Made by a program: the position numbers and the translations under genes
IMG/VR virus record: IMGVR_UViG_3300020045_011942
Location: 1-41,333 of that record
Direction: 5' to 3' (one strand)
Length of the DNA: 41,333 bases
Origin: a virus
Lineage: Duplodnaviria > Caudoviricetes
Shown here: one piece after another, positions 9,364 to 18,400 of the stretch
How positions within the stretch are numbered: position 1 is the first letter of the stretch
How the letters are laid out: the number at the start of each line of letters is the position of its first letter
The notes under the pieces: generated by a model
Databases searched by the model: none
Seen by the model: the letters and a program-made list of their open reading frames with translations, nothing else
What the model was told of the DNA's origin: nothing

Positions 9364-9825
9364 ATGAAAATCCTCAAAGCACTCATCGAAGTCCAGCACC
9401 CAGACGCAAACAGCACGCAGTATATGGGATACCCGCAAGTATGGCTCGATAATAAGGAGAGGATTCCTGCAATTCTTTATCACTCCACTCGTGAGGATGA
9501 GATTCAGCAGGACGGAAAACTGTATCAAACAGCATTTCTCGTTGTCCCTGATGATCTAGCGGTAGAGTTATTGAAAGAAGAAAATATCACAGAGGCAGCT
9601 CGACCAGAGGTCGATTCTTTCGCAGCGAAACACTACCCAATAAAAACAATGATTAACGACCAAGATGCCGTTCTAGCCATTACCGCAAAAGCAGCTCTTG
9701 GAGAAACACTGACCAAGGAGGAGAAGGATGCGCTTGATCCTAACTCGCCAGTAAAAGGGATCATAAAAACAAAGCCATGGGTAGAGGCGATTGAAGAACA
9801 ATATGGAACCGTCGAACTCAAGTAA
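9364..9825 (+). CDS. Hypothetical protein
   Basis: ATG 9364 (MKILKALIEV...) is 1 nt after the fibre stop; the 5' part of listed ORF 8923 is a shadow frame. Confidence 0.65.
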   Translation: MKILKALIEVQHPDANSTQYMGYPQVWLDNKERIPAILYHSTREDEIQQDGKLYQTAFLVVPDDLAVELLKEENITEAARPEVDSFAAKHYPIKTMINDQDAVLAITAKAALGETLTKEEKDALDPNSPVKGIIKTKPWVEAIEEQYGTVELK

Positions 9826-10429
9826 ATCAAAGGTACTCGTTACGATCATTCATCAAGGATGGATTCGACCTGAAATGCTTACAGTTGTTTCCTTACTTTC
9901 TCGTGATTCTCGTGTGGAAGTTTCCATTGTTCCTATTCAAATGCGCCCGTATGAGAATGCACTCAATACCGCATTGAAGATTGCACATGATTACGATTTT
10001 CTCCTCACGCTCGACCACGATAATGTGCCAAAAAATAACCCGATTGACCTTGTTTTCATGGATAAAGACATTATTGGGATGCCGTATCTTGGTTATCAAA
10101 AGAACGAAGCAGGGCAACTTGAGGTGGCTTTTCTCGCAATGGATAAGCAAGAAAATGGAGAGTATCTCGACCATCGAAACATGGAGGGTTTACAGGAAGT
10201 CGATGCAGTAGCAAGCGGGGCGATGCTCATCTCAAAGAAAGTGATTGAAAGTGGCGCCTACTTTGCCCGCAAGTGGGACGAAAAAGGTTTTGCAGTAACA
10301 GGCATCGACTTTCATTTCTGTGAAAAAGTCAAAGAAGCTGGATTCAAAGTATTCGCACACTATGACTATCTTGCGTCGCACTTTAAAGAGATTGACCTTT
10401 TAGACGTCCTGGCGTTCAAGGCAAAATAG
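9803..10429 (+). CDS. GT-A fold (family 2-like) glycosyltransferase
   Basis: 'DFLLTLDHDNV' DxD motif, 'EVDAVASGAMLISKKV', 'GIDFHFCEKVKEAGFKVFAH...H'. Confidence 0.8.
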   Translation: MEPSNSSKSKVLVTIIHQGWIRPEMLTVVSLLSRDSRVEVSIVPIQMRPYENALNTALKIAHDYDFLLTLDHDNVPKNNPIDLVFMDKDIIGMPYLGYQKNEAGQLEVAFLAMDKQENGEYLDHRNMEGLQEVDAVASGAMLISKKVIESGAYFARKWDEKGFAVTGIDFHFCEKVKEAGFKVFAHYDYLASHFKEIDLLDVLAFKAK

Positions 10430-10430
10430 T

Positions 10431-11189
10431 ATGGCTACTTACCTCATCCAATACAACGAAGTCGGAGGAGCGACGTTTTCCTATAAGCGGTACACTGGAT
10501 TCTCTGGCACCGTGAACTCTTCTTTTGCTCTCTCACAAGACATGGGCGGCGCATGTTGGGACGGGACAAACGCTATTTGGGGTGCGGGAACAGTAGGAGC
10601 GTCTGCATCAATCAAAAAAGGGACTGGCTTTTCATCTTCAATCCAGGCAAGTTTTGCGGCTCCATCTGCTGCTGATCGTATTTACGACCTTCACTCAGAC
10701 GAATCAGATAATATTTATGTTGCAGAGAACACTACAAAACTATGGAGAATGACTGGTTTTTCTTCAACGGTGAGTGCTTCGTTTACAAAGGCATCTGCTT
10801 CTTTTCGAGGGGTGTCTTTTGATGGAACAGACGCCTATGCCTATGACGCTACGACATCTCACTATATTCGATTTACGGGCTTTACGTCTAGTATTTCATC
10901 CAGTTACTCGGGAACTCCTGACGGTGGCCGTGGCGTGGCGTGGAGTACAACTGATAGTGCAATGCTTGGGTCTAACGGCCCTAAAGCAGTTAAATTTGTC
11001 GGCTTTTCTTCCAGTGTCAGCTCCTCAATCAGTATTACTGCAAACTCTCTTGGCATTTTCTGGGATGCAGGAGCAGCAGCTGGCCCGGTAAACTGGAAAA
11101 CGTATAACACTGTCACGGTTGCGACGAATCTAAAGACATTGAATACCAATACGTTGGCTAACATCAAAAGCTACGACACTATTGTATAA
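10431..11189 (+). CDS. Ser-rich repeat protein (five ~42-aa repeats, beta-propeller-like), candidate receptor-binding protein
   Basis: YTGFSGTVNSSF / GTGFSSSIQASF / MTGFSSTVSASF / FTGFTSSISSSY / FVGFSSSVSSSI. Confidence 0.6.
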   Translation: MATYLIQYNEVGGATFSYKRYTGFSGTVNSSFALSQDMGGACWDGTNAIWGAGTVGASASIKKGTGFSSSIQASFAAPSAADRIYDLHSDESDNIYVAENTTKLWRMTGFSSTVSASFTKASASFRGVSFDGTDAYAYDATTSHYIRFTGFTSSISSSYSGTPDGGRGVAWSTTDSAMLGSNGPKAVKFVGFSSSVSSSISITANSLGIFWDAGAAAGPVNWKTYNTVTVATNLKTLNTNTLANIKSYDTIV

Positions 11190-11191
11190 AT

Positions 11192-11479
11192 ATGAACAAC
11201 GACTTCTTCGAGCCAATACAAGCACTCTACGCAATCATCGCTGTTCTCGGTGGTGTTGCGCGCTATTTGAATAGTTTCACCACTGGCACGCCGTTTAATC
11301 AACGCATCTTCTGGGCGTCAGCGTTCGTTGCCGGATTCTCGGGATACATGTTTGCTCTTGTTGGCGATTCTCTCCATTTGCCTTCCCCAATGTCTTCCAT
11401 AATGGCAGGAGCGGGAGGATTCTTTGGAGAGCAAACAATGAAATTAGTACTTGAGTACGTCCACAAAAAAACAGTATGA
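11192..11479 (+). CDS. Holin (LydA-like, about 3 TM segments)
   Basis: 'AVLGGVARYL...AFVAGFSGYMFAL...MAGAGGFFGEQ' with basic C-terminus. Confidence 0.7.
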   Translation: MNNDFFEPIQALYAIIAVLGGVARYLNSFTTGTPFNQRIFWASAFVAGFSGYMFALVGDSLHLPSPMSSIMAGAGGFFGEQTMKLVLEYVHKKTV

Positions 11480-12939
11480 TTGGTCAAAAATCATTTGAAA
11501 TAAACGCTGACGATTTCCTCCGAGGGATTTCTTCATCAGATTTCATTACTGATGGAGGACTCTCGAATAAAACAGCCGGGATCAATCTCACAAAAACTCC
11601 AGGACTTCTCTACTACGCTGCGGCAAAAGTAGACACGACAGACGAACTTGAAGGAGACATGATTTCCTCGTGCGAGGATGGGACGCTTGGAACAGCGGCC
11701 GTTGATCGTGTGGTTGTGGACAACGAGGGAAAATATTACACCTGGAACGGAACTCTGTTGGATAAGGTTGCTACGGACTCGACAACGACGTCGTATACGA
11801 AGGGGTACACGAATATGATCTCTTTCGGTATAACGAGCGCTCGAGCGAATGTTTTCACAACAAACCCGCGATACATTACCCGGCTACAACTTGCCTCGAA
11901 TACTCTTACTGAAAACTTCAAGGAGTTCACCTTTAACGGTACTGCTGCGGATCTTGTGGCCCCGCACCCCTGCATCGTGTTCGAAAACAACGCCTACTAT
12001 GGAGACGGGAATCTTCTTCGAAGACAGACATCAGCAACAGATACAACGGTAGCTGTTATCATGACTCTTCCCTCTGAGCAGATCATTACTGGCTTTGGCA
12101 TCGACCCGGGAAGTGGACGTCTCCTTATCTCGGTAGTTGACGGAGTAAACGCATCAGACACTAAAGCACGTATTTGTCGTGTCCTTTACCACGATGGATT
12201 CAGTAACAAAGCACTCAAATCAATCATCGTGGATGACATGATTACGGCCTTTTATCCGGTTGGAGCTATTCTCTTTATAGGCTACGGAACAAAACTAGGA
12301 GTGTGGAACGGTGCCGGAATCCAATTCTTGCGTGACTTAGATATTTCTCTTACAAGCACGAAGCTCCCGTACCGAGATAATTTCACCAACATTGACGATA
12401 CTTTGTATGTGATCGAGGGACACAAGATCCTTGCCTATGGGGAAGTTGTTGCTGGGTTTCCAAAATGTTTTTATTACGCGCACATAAATAAGAACGGTAG
12501 TCTTGTGAACTGTGATCTGACGGCAATCTTTAATGCAGGATCCGGCCTCCTCGCGTTCGGATGGATTGATGATGACGCCTCGGAAGAGTTCTCAACCTTA
12601 GACACAACGAGCGTATCGACTCTCGGGAATACTTTCTCGGACGTGTGGACGAATAAGTACGTGTTCGCGCGGCCCGTCACGTTCAATAACCTTGTCATTG
12701 AATACGGGGCAGCGCTCCCCACGTCAAACTCCTATGCTGATATTTACTTGTACGACGACACGCAAACAGCAACACAGATTGCTACAGGAGCCACGAATAC
12801 TGTCGCTAATACCTATACCGTTGAATACCCGTGGCCGTCGATTACCACGCGCTCACTTCAATTCCGATACCTCAATACACAATTGAGTGGTCAAACACCG
12901 ATCCGACGTATGACGGTGTTTTATACCCCTGTCGATTAA
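11476..12939 (+). CDS. Putative tail nozzle/packaged-DNA stabilisation protein (beta-propeller-like)
   Basis: 487 aa beta-rich protein in the tail region of a genome with no tape measure; inference from position and composition. Confidence 0.5.
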   Translation: MIGQKSFEINADDFLRGISSSDFITDGGLSNKTAGINLTKTPGLLYYAAAKVDTTDELEGDMISSCEDGTLGTAAVDRVVVDNEGKYYTWNGTLLDKVATDSTTTSYTKGYTNMISFGITSARANVFTTNPRYITRLQLASNTLTENFKEFTFNGTAADLVAPHPCIVFENNAYYGDGNLLRRQTSATDTTVAVIMTLPSEQIITGFGIDPGSGRLLISVVDGVNASDTKARICRVLYHDGFSNKALKSIIVDDMITAFYPVGAILFIGYGTKLGVWNGAGIQFLRDLDISLTSTKLPYRDNFTNIDDTLYVIEGHKILAYGEVVAGFPKCFYYAHINKNGSLVNCDLTAIFNAGSGLLAFGWIDDDASEEFSTLDTTSVSTLGNTFSDVWTNKYVFARPVTFNNLVIEYGAALPTSNSYADIYLYDDTQTATQIATGATNTVANTYTVEYPWPSITTRSLQFRYLNTQLSGQTPIRRMTVFYTPVD

Positions 12940-12943
12940 CTAT

Positions 12944-13441
12944 ATGAATCCTGAAATACAACGAAAAATAGACGAAGCAATCCTAAACCACATTCATGAT
13001 GGGAACTACGCTCAACGAGTGAATTTCCCTGACATCTTCCTCTATACCTTTCCTCAGAATGCGACTACGGCGACCATCGCGACAACAGGAACAACTAACG
13101 GGTATTTCATCGCTCCATATAACATGACTCTTTCTCAGGCAATTTTCTCGGGAGGGCAGTCTCTCGCAGCAAGCGACACGAATTACATCACGTTCACTAT
13201 TACGAATCTCGCACAAGACGGACTTACTTCAACAGCTATGCTTGCAGCGGTAGATGCAAATACGACAAAGGCTACGGGGGGAACTGCGCTGATTCTTGAT
13301 ATTCCGAGGACATTTACGATCAGTACCAGTGCGAATGCGTTACAGGTGCGTCAGGGGGATCGTATAAACGTCGCAGCAACTGTTACAGGCACCCTCGCGA
13401 ATACGGTTGTTTTTCCGAACTACATGCTTATCTTCCAGTAA
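12944..13441 (+). CDS. Putative virion protein
   Basis: 'HIHDG' N-terminal motif, Thr-rich beta C-terminus. Confidence 0.55.
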   Translation: MNPEIQRKIDEAILNHIHDGNYAQRVNFPDIFLYTFPQNATTATIATTGTTNGYFIAPYNMTLSQAIFSGGQSLAASDTNYITFTITNLAQDGLTSTAMLAAVDANTTKATGGTALILDIPRTFTISTSANALQVRQGDRINVAATVTGTLANTVVFPNYMLIFQ

Positions 13442-13464
13442 TTATAAGGTGATAAAATTATTTT

Positions 13465-14463
13465 ATGTTAACTTACTCACAAAGCGTCTCGACTCTCCAG
13501 CAAATGACAAAGGTGTCTACTTCGGACACAACTAATACCGCTCTCCTTACTCAGTTCTGGAATGACTCTATCCGTACCATCTGCGCGATCAATGGGGGCA
13601 AGTGGCCGTTTCTTGAGACAGAAGAGGAAGCTGCTACCGTCGCCAATCAAGAGTATGTGGAGATCCCCAATAATATTCGAAAGGTGATTTCTTATCGCTA
13701 CACCGACGGGACGGATCCTCAGACAGACTCAACCTTTCTTCCTCGCATGGTTTTTGACCCCCTCGCGTGGGAGGTGATTCTGGCAGGACGACTTGGAACT
13801 TCTAACTGGCCGTGGTTCGCATATCAACGAGGAAGTCGTTTGTACTTCCAGCCTATCCCGGCAACTACCGGAAACATCGTTACGATCAGAGGCCGCTTGA
13901 ATGTCAGGGATCTTTCTATCGCTGATGTCACGAACGTCACAGTGACGACTGCCACCAATGGCTCAACTGCGCTCACTGTCTCCGGCTCTATGACCGCTGA
14001 TTTTGTCGGCCGCTGGATTCGCATCACAGAGACGTCGGCGGCGAATGGAGGAGACGGAGAATGGTATCAAATTGGAACGTTCACCAACACAACGACAATT
14101 GGCCTCAAGAAGAAGTATCAGGGAACGTCCATCGTCGCGGGAACAGCGGCATGTACCATCGGACAAGTGCCGGTCATTCCGGAAGCGTACCAGATGGCAC
14201 CTATCTACCGTGCGCTCGCACAATGGCTCCAGATTAACGATCCTCTCCACAACGAAAAACGAATCAATTCTTATTGGAGGCTGTACGATGGAGGAGTAGA
14301 GGCAGGACTTTCAAAGGAGTATGGAGGTTTTATCGGGCAGATGATGGAGGAAAGTAACGAGAGCATGGAGGGAGCATACGTTTCCCCGGTTTTCGGTACA
14401 AACGATTCTCTTGGACAAATTCCATACTGGTATCCGTGGAATCAAGCAAGTGGCTTTAACTAA
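13465..14463 (+). CDS. Head-tail adaptor/tail tubular protein with inserted beta domain
   Basis: 'KWPFLETE...TVANQEYVEIPNN', 'RLYFQPIP', 'PVIPEAYQMAPIYRALA' are typical of podoviral adaptors. Confidence 0.65.
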   Translation: MLTYSQSVSTLQQMTKVSTSDTTNTALLTQFWNDSIRTICAINGGKWPFLETEEEAATVANQEYVEIPNNIRKVISYRYTDGTDPQTDSTFLPRMVFDPLAWEVILAGRLGTSNWPWFAYQRGSRLYFQPIPATTGNIVTIRGRLNVRDLSIADVTNVTVTTATNGSTALTVSGSMTADFVGRWIRITETSAANGGDGEWYQIGTFTNTTTIGLKKKYQGTSIVAGTAACTIGQVPVIPEAYQMAPIYRALAQWLQINDPLHNEKRINSYWRLYDGGVEAGLSKEYGGFIGQMMEESNESMEGAYVSPVFGTNDSLGQIPYWYPWNQASGFN

Positions 14464-14469
14464 AATTAT

Positions 14470-15483
14470 ATGTACCCAAATCAAAGTCCAAAAGCAAGTT
14501 TTATGAAGACATTGGCGACACCGATGGGATTCAACTCTCAACGTCGGCAGCCGAAACCGAAGACCGTCGCGATTGATTCGTCTGCGTACCAAAACAATCC
14601 TAATAACCCGGCACTTTCTGTTTTTTCAGCATCTAATAGTGCGACCGCGCCAGTTGCAACTCCGGCACCGTCAACGGCAATGAAGTCGCAGCCAGCACAG
14701 AACTACATGAGCAGTCTCTCCAAGGATTCTCTTGCCGGCCTCTCAACCGGGCTTCAAAACTTGAGCACTGGACTAGGAAACTTACAGACAAATACACCAG
14801 CAGCTCCCGCGCGCGACCCGTACCGTGAGGCATTTGACACATACATGGCGTCTCTCACTCCTGGTGACGATATTACGCGTGCGCAAAAGGCACTCAGCGA
14901 CTTCGACATCCAAGCACTCAAGGACGAAGAGGCGGCACTCAACCGAGGCGAAACTATCGGCTTTGCTCGAGGAGAAGCGGAACGAACAAACAGAAATAAT
15001 GCGATAGAGCGTATGGCACGCGCCTCGTCTCTTGAGGCTCTTTCGGGAGTCTACAAAACACGAACGGAAGGATCGAAAGCGCGTCTCGATTTCGAGAAGT
15101 CACTCATGGATAAAAAGGAGCCGTCTATCACAGAGAAGTACGGAAGTGGTGCAATCGGTGAGTACAACTTCGCAAAGGAGCAGGGGTACACCGGATCATT
15201 CCAGGACTATCAAAATGAGGATGCAAATCGTAAAGCAAAAGCATCTGGCTCTGGCTCGGAATACACTAACTACGAAGCAAAAAACAAGGCGGCTCAAAAA
15301 GCGGCATCCGCGAAACTCGGAACGTGGCTCTCGGGTGTTGTCGGGGAAGATCAACGCGTATCGCCGACAGACTACAAGAAAGCGAAGGCCGCGTGGGTTG
15401 CGGATGGATATTCTGGAAAAGACTTTGACGACATTTTTAACGGCTTTGTAAATCCTGCGTTCGCTCCGGACTACACAAACTAG
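14470..15483 (+). CDS. Putative internal virion/DNA ejection protein
   Basis: Low-complexity N-terminus, helical Ala/Lys-rich body, precedes the giant internal protein. Confidence 0.5.
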   Translation: MYPNQSPKASFMKTLATPMGFNSQRRQPKPKTVAIDSSAYQNNPNNPALSVFSASNSATAPVATPAPSTAMKSQPAQNYMSSLSKDSLAGLSTGLQNLSTGLGNLQTNTPAAPARDPYREAFDTYMASLTPGDDITRAQKALSDFDIQALKDEEAALNRGETIGFARGEAERTNRNNAIERMARASSLEALSGVYKTRTEGSKARLDFEKSLMDKKEPSITEKYGSGAIGEYNFAKEQGYTGSFQDYQNEDANRKAKASGSGSEYTNYEAKNKAAQKAASAKLGTWLSGVVGEDQRVSPTDYKKAKAAWVADGYSGKDFDDIFNGFVNPAFAPDYTN

Positions 15484-15485
15484 CT

Positions 15486-18400
15486 ATGAGTTCCATCGAC
15501 GACTTAATCGCAGGAAAAAAAACACCTGCCTCGTCGGGAACTTCTGCTATTGATTCTCTCGTTACACAGAAAAAAGTTGTAGCGACTCCTTCGGTTGTAG
15601 CCACTCCCTCCACTCCTCCTGCAAAGAAAGGATTTCTAGGACGAGTGAAAGACATGTTTACTTCAAAGCCGGCTGCGCCGACAACTGCTGCGCTGGATCA
15701 GCGACCAAAGGTTGCACAGACAATTCCTCCGATTCCCGAACGGCCTGTCGCTGGCAGTCAACTCAAAGACGCATATAACGCGTACATGGATCAGCTAGAG
15801 AGAAAGTCCATGTCACTTTTTTCCGGTGCGGTACAAGGGGGTGCAGCGATGCCGCGAGCAATACAGCAGTTAGGTGATCGGTTAGTTGGTGATCGCGTGG
15901 TCGCAGCCGAATCTGATAAGAGACTCGGAGAAGATGATCTTGCGGCAGCTTTTCAATTGAGAAAGTTTAAGGATCAACTTGCAGCAAACAAAGCTGCGGG
16001 GAAGGATTCAACTCGACTTATCGAAGGAATAAAAAAGTACGGTGGTATTGATCCAGCCAACTATCCGACACAAAATGACACACAGAATATAACAACAAGG
16101 ATTCAAGAAAAAGGAAAACGTGCGGCTGACATTGTAAAAGAAAGTGCTGGAATTACTCCGGAGAACCAACGATTCTCGGATAAGCTCGTCGAAGGTTTTG
16201 GATCATCACTTCCCTACTTCGTTCCCGGAGCAGGAACCGCTGCTATTGCATCTCGCGCAGGAGCGGCTGCAAAGTACGCGATGCTCTTCGGTAACATCAC
16301 ATCATCAACACTCGAATCCGCAGCGGAAGCATCGCAAGTGTACGACGAAGTAAAGAAGACGAAGGGAGAGCGCGAGGCCGCAGACGCATTCTCTCGGACA
16401 TTCTTAACAAACGCAGTCTTGCTCGCGGTGACGGAGCGACTCGGTGTTTTCAATCCTAATGTTGTTGGAGCGATCAAAAAGGGCTTGATCTCTATGCCAA
16501 CAGAAGGCTTTCAAGAAGCTGTGCAGCAGATCATTCAGAATCGAGAGAGCGGCCGTCCGATCTGGGAAGGAGTCCTCGAGGCTGGAGCAATTGGATCGGT
16601 TGTGGGAGGCGTCCTCGGTACAGGTGTCGGCATCGCTCAGTCGGGATCATCCGTTCCGGTGCAGTTGGAGGATAAGAAGAAAGAAACTCCTATCCTTCCG
16701 AAAACGCCTCCGCCTACTCCGTCTAAAAGCGTTTACTCCCCACCACCAACACCAGGAAAGTCCGGAAGTTTTATTACTGAAAAACCTGTACCGGGGGCAA
16801 CATACACACCAGTGGAAACGTCGAAAGCACCAGAAGTGATTAGTATCGCAAAGGGAGTTGAGCCAATAAAACAAACGCCATCAGCGGTGGATGCGCTCAC
16901 GGGTGACGTCACTCCTCGCGCCCTTACCCTCAAACCCGAGAATCTCACGAAGCTCAAGGAGGAAAGAGCAGAACAAATTGCTAAAGAGTCAGAAGGGTAC
17001 GCAGGATCAATTCCCGAGATTGCTAAGAAGCAAGCGTCCGAAGAGGTGAAAAAGACAGTCACTATTCAAGGGAAGCCACTTCCGCGTATCGAGCCAGTCA
17101 TCAAGAAGTCAGATCTAAAGGCGATGGTTAAAACAGCTCCAGTGACGTTTACAATTGTTGATCGCAATGGAGAAAAGGTAATGCTGTACGAGCGCGGGAA
17201 TGCGCGCATGGTTATGAAGCCATCCGCACTCGGACTCATTAGCGACAATCTCCCTCTTGGAGATACCATCACCATCGACAAGAATCAGCTCAAGGATGAA
17301 GGCACGTCGTATCGTGCAGTCAACAAAAATGGCGATGTCGTCGCTTCCCTCAAGGAAGATCTCGAGACTGACGAAGTGGATGCTGCAAAAACCGTTGACG
17401 ACTTCAAGCACCGGATCGACCAACTCAACAAGTTCGGTCAACGACATGCAATTCTCCGTCGCTCCGGTGGACTATCGAGTAAGGCTGCTGGCGTGTTCCG
17501 TCCAGGTAAACCAGGTGAAGAGAAACAACCAGCGGATCGCAGAGAGAAAGGTGATGTTCGTTTGCAGAACGACGTCGTAATGAATCCACGACAATACATG
17601 TCCACGCTTTCACACGAGCTCGGACACGCGCTTGAGTACACGCTCACCGGGGGCATCAATTCAAAAACGATTGAAGTGTTTGGAAAGGATATTTCGAAAG
17701 AAGATCAAAAGATAATCTGGCAAGAACTCAAAGCAGTGACGAATGACATGGTGGGGGAAGCTACTGCGAAAGCAGGATCTGGGTACTACTATATGAAAAC
17801 GGAACTCCTCGCGCGCTTCCTCCAGAGCATGTTCATTTCTCCAGGAAAGTTAGCCGAGCTCGCACCAACAGCGTTGGATTACTTCGAGAAGAATGCTGTG
17901 CAAACACCTATCTTGGCAGAGTACCTTGAGGCGGTGTACGGAAAGATCGACGCAGGGTATGTCCGTCCATTCTTCTTCGCTGACATGAAAGAGACGTACC
18001 AGAAAGTACTTGGTGCGCGTGTTGGAGAGATGGCCTGGAACTCAGAAGTACGCTACCGAGCAATGAAAGAGCGTGCGAAGTTCCTCATTGAAAAACTTGT
18101 TACGGACAAATTCAAAGGAGTAAAGGACGCTCCGGATCTTCTCTTCCGTGCAGCAGAGAGTATCAAGGTAACAAAGGATGGTGTTCCGGAGTTTGGCACA
18201 CGAGACTTTCAGTATGCGAAGACAGAAAAAGAAATGGCAAAGCTCATGATTGCTGGATACGAACCTGTTATCGATGAGGAAGGGAACCAGGTATTTCAAA
18301 TAGAGGACGGCGAGCAAGTTCTCCGATTCGCAAAGTCTCGATACTCTCCAGAAGAAGCGAAGCGACTCTTCGAACAACTCTCCCCGGAAGGGCAGCAGCT

